In this document: positions 25,908-37,564 of the stretch, piece by piece
Position numbering within the stretch: the stretch's first letter is position 1
Layout: each line of letters starts with the position of its first letter
Translations under genes and position numbers: made by a program
Assembly: GCA_964270895.1 (NCBI GenBank)
Contig: OZ185435.1
DNA: 64,000 nt
Direction: 5' to 3' (one strand)
Source of the DNA: Podarcis filfolensis
Lineage: Eukaryota
Notes under the pieces: generated by a model
What the model was told of the DNA's origin: nothing
Seen by the model: only the letters and a program-made list of their open reading frames with translations
Database searches by the model: none

Positions 25908-26019
25908 CTGCACAACAGGAAATATGTGTATGAAATCCAATCCCTGTATTTGATGAGGCTCCAAGCGATGAGGGCACTTCATTCTCGGCAAGACGGATAC
26001 AATTTTCTCAGTCAAGGCA
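25908..26019 (-). CDS. CCDC93: CCDC93 coding exon 4 ([37 protein letters not shown])
   Basis: 112 nt, ag|...|gtaggt; its phase complements exon 3. Confidence 0.97.
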
Positions 26020-26090
26020 CTGGAAAGAAGGTGAAGGATGACAGAGCTTAAGGTGAAACTTGGTGGAAGCAAAGCCTTAACTAGCCTGAA

Positions 26091-26108
26091 ACTGCCCTCT
26101 AGCGGCTG
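26091..26108 (-). promoter_or_regulatory. Candidate CTCF motif (cagCCGCTAGAGGGCAGt)
   Basis: Close match to the CTCF core consensus, judged by eye; in intron 3, ~70 nt from the exon 4 acceptor. Confidence 0.65.
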
Positions 26109-26520
26109 AAATCAAATATTAGATTTTAAAAAGTGAATACACAAAGCAAATTAAAACTGTCCTGATAAATGCTGATCTGTAGGACTGGAGGCACTTCTTT
26201 TTAAAAAATCATCTTTAGACAAGCTTGCAAACTCTTATTAAAAACATACACTGGGGAAAAAAATCAAGGTTGTTGTTTCTTTTATAAACCTGTTGTTAAA
26301 AGCTTCTTATCAAACAATCAATCTTTACTTCATAAAATGTTTTCAGTTTCAGTCCAGGGAATGGTCTGTGATTTCCTTATTCTAGAATGAAGCTAAGCAA
26401 GTGTGAATTCGATCCAGTGTGCCAATGGGATGCACATCTAATCAGTTCTGAGCTTCCCAAGGTAGCGCATGGTAAAGTAACAACAGTTTAAGACATTCAT
26501 GTGTTAATAGAAACACTTTA

Positions 26521-26761
26521 CAGCCATACCTTGGTTTTGGAACAGTTTAGTTCCCGAACGTTTTGGCTCCCGAACGCTGCAAACCAGGAAGTGACTGTTC
26601 CGGTTTGAGAACTATTTTTGGAAGCTGAACGTCCGACGGGGCTTCCAATTGGCTGCAGGAGCTTCCTGCAGCCAATCAGAAGTCGCAATTTGGTTTCTGA
26701 ACATTTTGGAAGTCAAATGGACTTCCGGAACGGATTCCGTTCTACTTCCAAGGTACGACTG
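26521..26761. mobile_element. Tc1/mariner (Tigger-like) MITE, related subfamily
   Basis: TA|cagccataccttgg...ccaaggtacgactg|TA; central palindrome attggctgcagga..tcctgcagccaat. Confidence 0.82.
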
Positions 26762-26999
26762 TAATTGTCACTGTTTTATTTAAAAGTCCTAACATTTAAA
26801 TAGTGCAAAAAGGAGGAGGAGGCAGCAGAAAGTAAGTGTGGGCTTCTACATGTTCCTGCTGTACTTAAACATTTCACTTTATTTTCATGGCTGCTTTCAG
26901 GCTTAGGATGAGAAGAGATTATATTACTGGGAGGGCACATCAGGGGCAGTAAGGCCAAAAAATAGAGAGCACAGCAGATTTGAAGGACCGCCTCTCCCC

Positions 27000-27320
27000 A
27001 TACGAACCAAACCAGACCCTGCAAGCATTCTCTGAGGCCCTTCTTCGTGTGCCTCCTTCATAAGATGTCAAGAGAGTGGCAATATGAGAACAGGTCTTTT
27101 CTGCAGTGGCTTCGTGCTTGTGGAATGCTCTTTCCAGGGAGCTTTGGCTGGTTCCTTCATTACATATCTTTAGGCACCAGGCAAAAACATTCCTCTTCTC
27201 CCAGGCCTTTGGCTAATTAAACAAACGACGGCCTTTTAAATTGCAGTTTATGGTTAGTTATAATGGTATGCAAGTTTTGTGTTTTTATATTGTAAACCAC
27301 CCTGTGATGAAGGGTGGTAT
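27000..27320 (+). mobile_element. Old L2 LINE 3' remnant
   Basis: caggtcttttctgcagtggc...tggaatgctct...ctttaggcaccaggcaaaaacattcctcttctcccaggccttt resembles the L2 3' region. Confidence 0.6.
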
Positions 27321-27454
27321 AGAAATTCAATACATAATAATAATTCTTAAGGCTCAGGTGACCACTTATGCAAGCTTCAATTACAAATATGACTGGTACT
27401 GAACACATCGCACAACTGGAAAGAAAGATCCCTTTCTGGCAAGCTCCCACTTAC

Positions 27455-27549
27455 ATTTTTTGGCCGATGGTAGAGTTTTCCTGAAACAGTAAGTCCACAT
27501 CAATGTCGAAACTGCATGTTGTGATGCACCACGTCATGCCGCCTACCAC
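27455..27549 (-). CDS. CCDC93: CCDC93 coding exon 3 ([31 protein letters not shown])
   Basis: 95 nt, ag|...|gtaagt; conserved peptide. Confidence 0.97.
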
Positions 27550-28110
27550 CTAGAACAAGGCAAGCACACTCGTTTTATCTTGTGCATTTATTTAAAAATG
27601 AAACACAAAAGATAGCCCCCCAATGTCACATTTTCACAATGGCTATGTTCTACCTCCAGTGTCAGTTGGAGGTAGTATTGCTTCTGAATACCAGTTCCTG
27701 GCAGTGCTCTTGGGCACTGTATAAGGGCTTCCACTCACACTGGGCATTCCTCTCCATCGCCCACAGAACCCCACAAAATCGGCTTGGGGTGGTCAGGGGA
27801 ACCTTCAAAACAGTAAACGTCTAGAGAAGAGGGAGGTTTATTCCCTCCGGCAAACAACAATGCTTATGCTAATTGCACATTCTGTCCGCTTTTGAACTAT
27901 TTTAGCTGCTTTTATGGTATCTTTGCAAATTGCATTGAGACACATATAAAAAGAGATTCATTTTTATTAAAAAAAACATTTAAAATTGCACTCTTAATTC
28001 ACAGCCATCTGGATAACATTTGTACTCGTCTGTACAAATTAGCCCTTGCTGATATTTTTTTTTTTTTACCAATTAAAGCATGCCTTGTGCATAATTTGTT
28101 ACACTCTCAC

Positions 28111-28224
28111 CTTGTCAAAGGGGGACAGCCCTTTAATTCTTGCCCTGAAGTATCCAGCTGCCACCAGCAGCTCTAAGATTTCACTCAGCTTAATACTTTG
28201 CTCTTCATCTTCACGGGTTTCAAC
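28111..28224 (-). CDS. CCDC93: CCDC93 coding exon 2 ([38 protein letters not shown])
   Basis: 114 nt, ag|...|gtgaga; near-identical to the recalled conserved CCDC93 N-terminal domain. Confidence 0.97.
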
Positions 28225-29128
28225 CTAGAAGAGATAGTAAACTGATTCTATGTTCAAAAAAACAAAACCATGTTCTTCTAAGTGTACACACTACAAATTT
28301 CTTGCAAAATATTTCCTTTTAGTAGACATACTGTTGACTACATTGTAAAACAGTTTTAATACTTTTATAGCCGGTTCCGTCCTGCGGAACTGGCTATGAA
28401 AATATCAGTGCACATAGCCCCAAAGAATCCTGCAAAAACAAGATGGTGGAAGTCCGGTATATGAAAACTGTTCAACTATTGCACAGGTTTTTCCTCCAGT
28501 AGTATATGCTGAGATTTCTGATTCTGTCAGACACAAGAATAATGAAGTAACCAATGCTCCTCAACTCAAGGAAGACATGCACATTTGTCACTTATAAAGA
28601 CAATACAACCAAGTTCCCAAATTCTTTAACAAAACATTCTAAAACTTCTACAGCTTAGCCCAACCATTACATTTCTAATACCACCATTGCAGTGTGGCGT
28701 TACTGATGTTTACAATGTTTTATATCTCTTGAGCTATTTGGTATTTTTTTCAGAGTCCTGAATCTTGGTGCTTGAGGGAAAGTTCCACTGAACTAATAAG
28801 AGTCCTTGCACTAGCTTCTGCTAGCTCACCAGCTCTAAGAAATGTAAAGTTTGAACCAAAGTTGTTATTATCATGTGTTTTGAGGCACTTCTGACAGAAG
28901 CCCTTGCACTAATGAAGATCAGATGAATTTGGCTGATAAAACAGCCATGTCATTTGGAGAGAGAGGGAAATACCATCTTAAAACACAAAATTATGTGCAA
29001 TTTATGAAAGTTTTATTGTGTTTTTAATATTCTGTTAGCAGGTGCTCAGAGTGGCTAGGGCAACCAAGTCAGATTGGTGGCATACAATTATTATTATTAG
29101 TAGTAGTGGTAGAAAAAAAATGCATGTA

Positions 29129-29716
29129 CAGTGGTACCTCGGGTTACATACGCTTCAGGTACCCAGGTAACCCAGAAATATTACCTCGGGTTAAGAACTT
29201 TGCTTCAGGATGAGAACAGAAATCATGCTCCGGTGGCACGGTGGCAGTGGGAGGCCCCATTAGCTAAAATGGTGCTTCAGGTTAAGAACAGTTTCAGATT
29301 AAGAACGGACCTCCGGAATGAATTACCGTATTTTTCGCCCCATAGGACGCACCTTTTCGCCTCCAGAAATGAAGGGGAAATGTGTGTGCGTCCTATGGGG
29401 CGAATGCAGGCTTTCGCTGAAGCCTGGAGAGCGAGAGGGGTCGGCGCGCACCAACCCCTCTGGCTCTCCAGGCTTTGCGCAGATCTCCGCAAGGTGCGGG
29501 AGCCCGGCACTGGGCTCCCACGGCTTGCGGAGAGTTGCCTGTTCTGGGGGCTGGGGTTGGGGGAAGCTTGGGCTTCCCCCGCCCCAGCCCCACGCCTGGG
29601 GAAAAAAAAAATAACCCCCCCCTTTATTTCCCCCCCAAAAAACTAGGTGCGCCTTATGGGACGGTGCGTCCTATAGGGCGAAAAATACGGTAAGTACGTA
29701 ACCAGAGGTACCGCTG
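29129..29716 (+). mobile_element. Tc1/mariner (Tigger-like) MITE interrupted by a second MITE
   Basis: TA|cagtggtacctcgggtta...agaggtaccgctg|TA; collinear with copies at 30984 and 44890 once 29326-29690 is removed. Confidence 0.9.
29326..29690. mobile_element. 365-bp Tc1/mariner-type MITE nested in the MITE above
   Basis: 28-bp TIR ccgtatttttcgccc(c/t)ataggacgcacc (1 mismatch); TA duplication at 29324-29325 and 29691-29692. Confidence 0.92.
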
Positions 29717-30983
29717 TAGTAAACATCATATCCACTTCAGACCGGTGCTGATGTTACAAGTTGGTCTATATTTGCGTACAAGCTGGATGCTTGCAAAGGT
29801 CACAAAGCCATGCTATTCATACATCATAACAGACAGCCCTCCAGATGTTGTTGAATGACGAGTCCCATCAGTTCCAGCCAGAACAGTCAATGGTCAAGGA
29901 TGATGGGAATTGTAGTCTTTGAAGAGGAAGAAAATCTGTAGAGCTCCACAGTGACTCCCCCTGTATTACAATACAGAGTTGTACTTTGACAGAGTTAAAA
30001 AAATGTGTATGTTGGTAGACATGCAGCTCCACGTATGTGTATGTTGGTACTAAAGCACATTATGGGAGTAACCTTCTAGAGAAAGTGTCTCTCTGCTGCC
30101 ACTCCCCGCATCACTCAGAACCTGTGAGATGTTCTTCAAAAGGATGACAAGCAACTACAGTCCTGGGACCAAGTAACTACTGAACACAGTGGGCCTTATT
30201 TCTCAGCAACCATGCATAGGATTGCTCTGCTAGACAAAAAGCAGAACTTTACTTCTAACAATGATTTACTGTTTTTAATTAATGTTTTTCTATGTTTTTA
30301 TCAGTTATCATTTTATATGTAAGCTGCCTCGAGTCACATCAGAGTACAAATAAATTTGTTATAATAACAACTTTTACCTTCTAGATGTGGTGCAACATTG
30401 TGGACTGTCCGTTCACAGTACGACATATAACTGTTCTATAGAAAATGCTCACAGAAAATAAACACAGCTAGTTCTTTGTGACAAACATTTACCATTACCG
30501 ATTTCTGAACAGCAAAGGAAATGTGGTATTTCATTCCCCGACTCCCACCTCCAAAGGATCCACAGGGTATTTCAAGCGCAAGACATGACACTCAGGGAAA
30601 TATTCTCTGGAACAGAGAATATGCAACTCCAAGCAGCCTCCTATCCTCTGGGTACACCATGGGAGTTTGGAAGGAGAGTTTTATTTCAGTCTGCACTCAC
30701 CCAAATGAAGCTGATGTACTGCCTGTCAATACAGTAAGCCTGCAAACTTACATGCATTTAACTTGCTTGCATTCAGCCACTGGTTCCTTCCCAACCTTTT
30801 TTTGGCCATGCCCCACCTAAGCATCTCTAAAAACCTGATTGCCCGCCCCCCCTGGAGTGCTACTACCCCTGAATGTGCCCAGTGTATTTTCTGTTTAGAC
30901 AAACTTTTCTGTTTAGATAACCTCTCCATTGTCACCGCTGTGTGCATTCTGATTTTAATTTTTAAAATGTGTATGTCACAATA

Positions 30984-31214
30984 CAGTAGTACCTCGGGTT
31001 AAGTACTTAATTCGTTCCGGAGGTCCATTCTTAACCTGAAACTGTTCTTAACCTGAAGCACCACTTTAGCTAATGGGGCCTCCCGCTGCTGCCGCGCGAT
31101 TTCTGTTATCATCCTGAAGCAAAGTTCTTAACCCAAGGTAATATTTCTGGGTTAGCGGAGTCTGTAACCTGAAGCGTATGTAACCTGAAGCGTATGGAAC
31201 CCGAGGTACCACTG
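30984..31214 (-). mobile_element. Tc1/mariner (Tigger-like) MITE
   Basis: TA-flanked, TIR cagt(a/g)gtacctcgggtt; reverse orientation of the 29129 and 44890 copies. Confidence 0.9.
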
Positions 31215-31659
31215 TATATATTTATATACTGTATATGAGGCCCCTAGAACCACAAGAAATGCAAAAAATTCACTGTTAGCAACTCATTCTCGAATTGCCC
31301 CCCTTAAAAATTGAATTGCCCCCTGTGGGGCGTGTGCCCCACGCTGGGAACCACTGCATTCTGCTTTATGCATGTGGTAAAAAAATATATAAATGAATAA
31401 AAAGTGCACAAAGGGGACGGGGCATTCAGGGGAAATTTACTTTGGTAATCCCACTGTCCACTGAACCCATATGCGATTTTGACTTTAGGCGTGATCCCTC
31501 GCGTAAATTGAGGGCTTACTGAACTAAGCACCCGTCCAGGAAGACATCTGAGGTAATAGCAATGATGAGCGCCTTGAGCATGTGCAGAGTGTGACACTGG
31601 CCCAGCAATTTATCCCCTCGCTGAGTTCTCCTCCCTGTCATACAAACAAACACCGGTCC

Positions 31660-32450
31660 CAGGACTAACGTTTCGTGGAGAAGCCTGCGCCCCTGGCTGC
31701 GCTTATCCTATATACACGCTTCCTTCCCCAGAAGCGAACCTCGACGTGTTCGGGGCGCGTTTCTTGCAAGGCAACAGGACTTGCGGGCTCGCCTTGCAAA
31801 GCAAGAGCTGCCCGGAAAGCTCCCGCCCCCAAGAGCGCTATGGGGAACGGCAGCCCATAGACAAAAGCCGGGCAGGGAAGCGCCACCCGCAAGGGAAAGG
31901 CCAGCCTGCCCTGCGAGAGGGAAACACAGCCCCGCCGCTTCAGCCTTACCTCCTGAGGAGGCTGGTGCTCCTGCCCTCTGACGGCGCCCATGCCAGGTTC
32001 TCGACTCCCAGCCCGCTAATATCCCGCAACGCGCAAAGGCTACAAAACGCGTTTCTCCTTCCGCAAACTTGCCCTCTCCCCTTTCCCGCTCATTGGTTTG
32101 TTCCGCCAGCAACCCAGCTCCGCCCCTCATCCGTACTACGACACGCAGCATAACGCAGACCGTTCCATTTTGTAAAAAAAGGGGGGGAATAGGGGGAAGA
32201 GTGAGCACAGACCACTCATGTGACTTGCCTGGAACGGAAGACGCGGAGCGGGCGGCGTCGCGGTTCATCCGAGCGGGGCCGGTCTCCGAGCAGCGTTCCC
32301 GGGAAGTGATCGTCTGCATGGAGCTCTGCGGGTGTCACTGCAGAGCGAGGCGCCCCGGATTTGAGCAAGAAGCATTGCGGCATAATGCTTCCGTGCACTG
32401 CATTTGAAAACGTTAAGCCACGGTGAAGCGGAGATGTGTCCATTGGATAA
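31660..32450. promoter_or_regulatory. CpG-island promoter of CCDC93
   Basis: The only extended CpG-rich non-TE region, and it spans the start codon. Motifs: ETS-like cttccgc 32058-32064, CCAAT (minus) 32092-32096, GC box 32118-32126, TCATGTGAC 32216-32224, cggaag 32235-32240, ccgggaagtg 32299-32308. Confidence 0.9.
31950..31991 (-). CDS. CCDC93: CCDC93 coding exon 1 (MGAVRGQEHQPPQE)
   Basis: ATG at 31991-31989 inside a CpG island; 42 nt followed by donor GAG|gtaagg. Same length as the recalled human N-terminal exon (MGLPRGPEGQGLPE) and in phase with exon 2. Confidence 0.9.
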
Positions 32451-34181
32451 CGTTTGAAGGAATTGGTTTATTAAATTTGTTAGTCGCTTGTCACCCAAAG
32501 GTCTCCAAGCCACTTACAGCAACACACCCACACCCACCCCATATGGGGAAGGGGGAAAGGGGGCTCATCAATATATTGTCTAACCTAACATGAAAAAATA
32601 AAAACAACACACAATATAAATAACAAACAACATTGATGATTCTCAAATAATAAACAATTAGCCCGCTAAGTAGCATTCTAATCTCCCCACCCTGCAGTCT
32701 GGTGTCAAGGCCAGCTGTAGTAAATCAGCGGGTGGGTCTAGTGTCCTCCACATAGCTGTCAACTTTTCTCTTTTCTTGCTAGGAATCCTATTCGGAATAA
32801 GGGAATTTCCCTTTAAAAAATCTCTCCTGTCTCTGGGTGTGGGGGGAGCAATAGCAAGGCAAAGCAGGAAGATTGTAGCAAAAGTTCCAGCTGTTTTGCA
32901 GGTGGTCTGGCTACTGCTCCTCTCGTGCTGGTGGGGGTGCAGCAGGGAGAACACATAAAACCAATGTTGTTTTTATTGGGGGGGTACGTAAGGGTATGCA
33001 TACCCCTAAACAATTTGTGAATCTTTGTGCTTTTGTCCATTTACTGTATTTTTCCCAATTTGAACTATATAATGGTGATTTTCTTGAGTCAAAATGAGAG
33101 TACCCCTAACCATTTTTTAAGAAAAAAAAAAAGCACTGCATGAAACATCAGAATTTCTCAAGAAACAACAAGATACCTATAGATTGCAACTAACGTCACC
33201 TGTAATTCTGGCTTTAAACACTAGTGCTGAGAGTGCATTTGAGTCAGACTAAATGGCAACATGTGCACAGTTTTGGTATCCATGGAGCACTTTGAGGGAG
33301 CAGTGTTGTTGTTATTTTTTCAGGGTCAAAAAGCCAGGTTTGATGGTACCCTTACCCCATGCTGCCTTGCACTCTTAGGCAAGGTGCTGGATGAGGCAGG
33401 AGTCACCTATCGTCTTCATTTCTTCAGAATATCTCTGGGTCCATTGTTTATGATGGCAAAAACAGTTTGCAGGCATCAGGCCAATCTGCTGCAAAGAGAG
33501 GGAATCTGACCCTTTTTTTGCAACATTTCCTTTCCAATACAGTACGTGGTGTAAAAGAATGAAAGTATTTTCACTATAAATCCTAAACACATTTGCTAAG
33601 GAAACTGAGCTCACAGTTCATGACTGTGATGTCAAGTGGTAACTTGTATGTCTGAAACAGCCATCACATGTAACCGTGCAGAATATCATAAAATGTATAT
33701 ACTGATAGTGGAACGAGCTAGATACGTTTTGGGAGGACGGAGCTTTATTTTCTCTTTTCCCTACAACAGACTGTGCTGCCAAAGAGGCAGACCACTTGAA
33801 AGAACACACTTAACTTGAGGCAGTTCATACATCCACTGCAAGTCAATGTATGCTGTGGATTAATCCAGTGGTGAGCCATTGTATGGCAAGCTTGCATTTG
33901 TGACTCTGTTCTGAGTCCCACTGATTTCAATGGAACATCATTTTCAAGCGTTGCTGGGAGCACTGCCTTAGGTTTCAGAGGACTTTTCTCTTAATTCATT
34001 TACAGATAAACCAAATCTGAAAACATCCTGTGATGCAGTCCCATTCAAACCAGCTTCCATCTCACTTAAAAACCTGTGTACATGTAAGACATCCATCACG
34101 TTTGTGCAGGTTACAGCTTCTTTGAATAGAAGTTGGGAAGGTTTCAGATGCGGGGAAACAAATCAGGTCATGGGCATTGGG

Positions 34182-34225
<44 letters not shown>

Positions 34226-34226
<1 letters not shown>

Positions 34227-34330
34227 TATTTATACCCCACCCATCTGGCTGGGTTTCCCCAGCCACTTTGGGTGGCTTCTAACAAAAGATTAAAAATACA
34301 TTAAAAGCATCAGACATTAAAAACTTCCAA
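34226..34330 (-). mobile_element. L2 3' tail fragment with (AAT)n expansion just upstream
   Basis: tttataccccacccatctggctgggtttccccagccact, shared with 21441 and 52907. Confidence 0.8.
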
Positions 34331-34893
34331 AATATTCCCCCCCATGGTGTATATAGCAATGTAAAGATGCAATTTGAAACACAGCTGTGTTTGTGTGTGT
34401 AGAAATGACCTTGTTGCTGTTTAAGTTGCTGCATAACCTATGATGCAAATGGTGTATGGGTCATGGCCGTGTACACAAAATCACACCTTGTATTAATGCA
34501 TGCAGAATGGGATTCATTGCCTGGATCCTTAGTCAAGATCACTGGTGAAGATTAGACCCTTCATTTCATCCATATTGAAAGAAGTGGGGTGACAATATGT
34601 ACCCTTTCCCACATTCTAACCATGCTGGTGACGATTTCAACAAGAGAAGTAGTGAGCTTCAGGTGTTAGTAAACCTGCATTGTCATATTGAGTGCAAGTT
34701 CTTACATACATTATAGAACTGGGAAAGAAGGAAAGAAGGAAAGAAGGAAAGAAGGAAAGAAAGAAAAAAAGAATTAGTATCAGATTATTAGGCTGCATCT
34801 ACACAGCTGTAAAAAACACTCTGAAAATGCTCTGGAAAAAAACTGCTTTAAAGCTCACAATGGAAAATTTCACAGAGTTCTGATTTCAGCTCT

Positions 34894-34913
34894 ACAACGC
34901 CATCTGGCGTCAC
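34894..34913 (-). promoter_or_regulatory. Candidate CTCF motif (gacGCCAGATGGCGTtg)
   Basis: CCAGATGGCG core, embedded in the near-palindrome ACGCCA-TC-TGGCGT. Confidence 0.45.
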
Positions 34914-36529
34914 AGTGTTATAACGCATTTATAACATTTTATTTTTACTAATGTAGCTGAGTCCTTAATTTGGGTTGCAATCCTACACACTCTTCTCTGG
35001 ACCCATTGACCACGTTGGGATTTATTTCTGAGTGAATATGTAAAAGATTGCACTGTTAGGATGCGAAGGTTGCAATGTTTTTCCTTTGCAAAAGGAAAGT
35101 GGGGAAAGGAATCAAACCAAATCAGAATGTTGCTTAGTTTTATCAGTACAGAAATTTCTACTTGGGTACTAGGCTTATCTGAAAGCAGCTGAATATCATT
35201 TCTGCTTCCCATAGTTATGCTCCATATTCACATTTGCTCATTTTGTAAGATTATTTCTAACGACACCAGAAGCAGAACTCAGCGTGGTATCTGAGAATCG
35301 AGCCATGTTCTTGCAGCTTCATGGCTCAGCGCTCGCTATCAGCAGCACCTGTAATTCTGATTTGAAAATCAGCAGCACGATAGCACTTTCCTTGTTGGTG
35401 TATGGAAGAGGCATGATAAAATATCTCCCACTCTTCTGCAATGATGCTGACTTGTGTTCTCTTTGGTAATAATAATTACTTGTTAGTAAGCCAAGCAGGT
35501 AGCACGAACTGTTCTGCCAGATCCACCTAACATCTCTTGCACCTGGCAACAGTTGATACCTGACATTTCAAAGGAAAACAGGCAAGCAAAACAACATACA
35601 TAACAAATGTAAGACTTGTTCACGCATGGATTTCCCTTTGAGGGTTGTAACCTCAGGTGCTGTAATCTTGGGTAACAGTAGCATCAGCTAATTTGACTGC
35701 AGGTAGAATATCTGGGTGCCTTCACAGATAGATATTCAAATGCAAGTGACTCAAACTTTTAATGTTTGACATTTTCCTATGTTTTTATATGTACTGTAAG
35801 CTGCCCAGAGTGGCTAGGGAAACCCAGACAGATGGGCAGGGTATAAATAATAAAATTATTATTATTACGATTATTATTATTAATGGTAAATTGGTGCGGA
35901 CTCAAATTATCTTGCTGACATTGAAGTTACATTATTTCTCAATTGCATGTACAGATACCATTTTTTTCCCCTTTTCATAGAAAGGAAACTTTCATAGAAA
36001 CATAAACTTTGGCTGTGTAGGGTACGCCACACCTTTAAAGCACATTCAAAGCATATTCTTTCTCTCAAAGAATTCTGGGCAGTTTACCCTTCATAGAATT
36101 AGAATTCTCAGCAACCTCTAATTAACTACAGTGCCCAGAATTCTTTGAGGGGTGGAATCTTTACAGCACCTCATGTAGAAATGTCAGCTGGTTGCCAAGC
36201 TTCAGAATGTGTTATGTACTGGCAAGTAAATTTTGGATTTGGAGGGGGCAGTGAAGAGGCAAATGGCAGTCAGAGCCCATTGGGACTGGCAGAGCAGAAA
36301 GCAGGGAGACCAAGAGTAGATGGAGCCAGAGAATGACAGCCACTTTCCCCAATTTTGTCCCCATCCTGCACCCTGATGAGTTCTTAAAGAGCAACACTGA
36401 GCCTATGTAGGAAGAATTGACAGGCGGTGCCACCCCCTGGACTGGTAAAAAGGCAGGCAGGTGGAAGCTAGCTGGAGACCGAGGCTGGTGCAGAAGCGCC
36501 TTAATGGATCAGCTACCATTGCCCACATG

Positions 36530-36781
36530 AAGAAGAAGAGTTTAAAGAGTTTGGATTTGATATCCCGCTTTATCACTACCCAAAGGAGTCTCAAAGCGGC
36601 TAACATTCTCCTTTCCCTTCCTCCCCTACAACAAACACTCTGTGAGGTGAGTGAGGCTGAGATACTTCAGAGAAGTGTCTCCCAGCAAGGTCACCCAGCA
36701 GCTGCATGTGGAGGAGCGAAGACGTGAACCCGGCTCCCCAGATTACGAGTCCACCGCTCTTAACCACTGCACCACACTGGC
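36530..36781 (-). mobile_element. Squam3-type SINE, full length
   Basis: Reverse complement begins gccagtgtggtgcagtggttaagagc (tRNA A box) and ends with a (TTC)n tail; near-identical to 53391. Confidence 0.85.
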
Positions 36782-36879
36782 TTCACATGATGGTGAATGG
36801 CACGAACATTGCACGACGGTTTCCTTAAGTTTTTTTTTTTAGGGTTGGCATTTTTGCTTACGGACTCTGACCCTGTCTC

Positions 36880-37115
36880 ATGAAAGATAAGGCTATCAGT
36901 AGCTACTAGCCATAACAGCTACGTTCTGCTTCCATGGTCAGAAGCAGCAATGCTTCTCTGAATGCTAGTTGCTGAAAACCCCAGGAGGGGAGAGGACTCT
37001 TGTGCTTGGATTCCGTTTGCAGGCTTCCCACAGGCATCTGAGTGACCACTGTGGCAACAGGGGGCTGGACTAAGTGGGCTATTGGCTTGATCCAGCAGGA
37101 TTTTATTATGTTCTT
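36880..37115 (+). mobile_element. CR1 3' remnant
   Basis: aggctatcagtagctactagcc...ggctggactaagtgggctattggcttgatccagcagg...tgttctt; same family as 50465 and 60177. Confidence 0.6.
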
Positions 37116-37564
37116 GCGACTTTTTCACTGTAGCCTGGCACACACAAATCAAACTGGTGAGATGCTTCACCTGCCAAATATTTGTGGGTCAGTCCGCTGT
37201 TAAAAACACAGCACTGCTTAAGAAAGGTGACAACTCCATTCACTTTTGCAACGTAGGATGTCGCCTTCAGCCAAGTCTGAGGATTTTTCTATCTAGTTCA
37301 GTATTCTCTATACTGACTGGCATATCCGTCCAGAGTTTCAGACGGGGGTCTCACCTAGCCCTACCTGAAGATGCCAGGATTGAACCTGGGACATTCTCAT
37401 GCAAAGCAGATATCTTCCCACTTAAGGGAGTTCCTTCACCTCCACTCCCGAGAAACATGGTTTTCTGTGCCACCATTTATGTTCACAACAGAAAGTTAAA
37501 ATTAATATTTCATTATCTATTGGTGTGGCTTCCCTTTGGATTTGGCCATTATTTTCCCCGAGTT

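Noticed and set aside
29131-29693. Cluster of ORFs up to 171 aa
   Set aside because: They lie in non-autonomous MITEs and show no DDE transposase motifs.
31555-31600. ATGATGA box C (snoRNA) candidate
   Set aside because: It is antisense to the host intron, and there is no suitably placed CTGA box D with a terminal stem.
31665-32513. Multiple overlapping 60-200 aa ORFs on both strands
   Set aside because: Expected in a GC-rich, stop-poor CpG island; only 31950-31991 has splice and homology support.
35338-35378. AGCAGCAC resembling the miR-15/16 family 5' end
   Set aside because: No pre-miRNA-length hairpin contains either copy, and the following bases do not match family members I recall.
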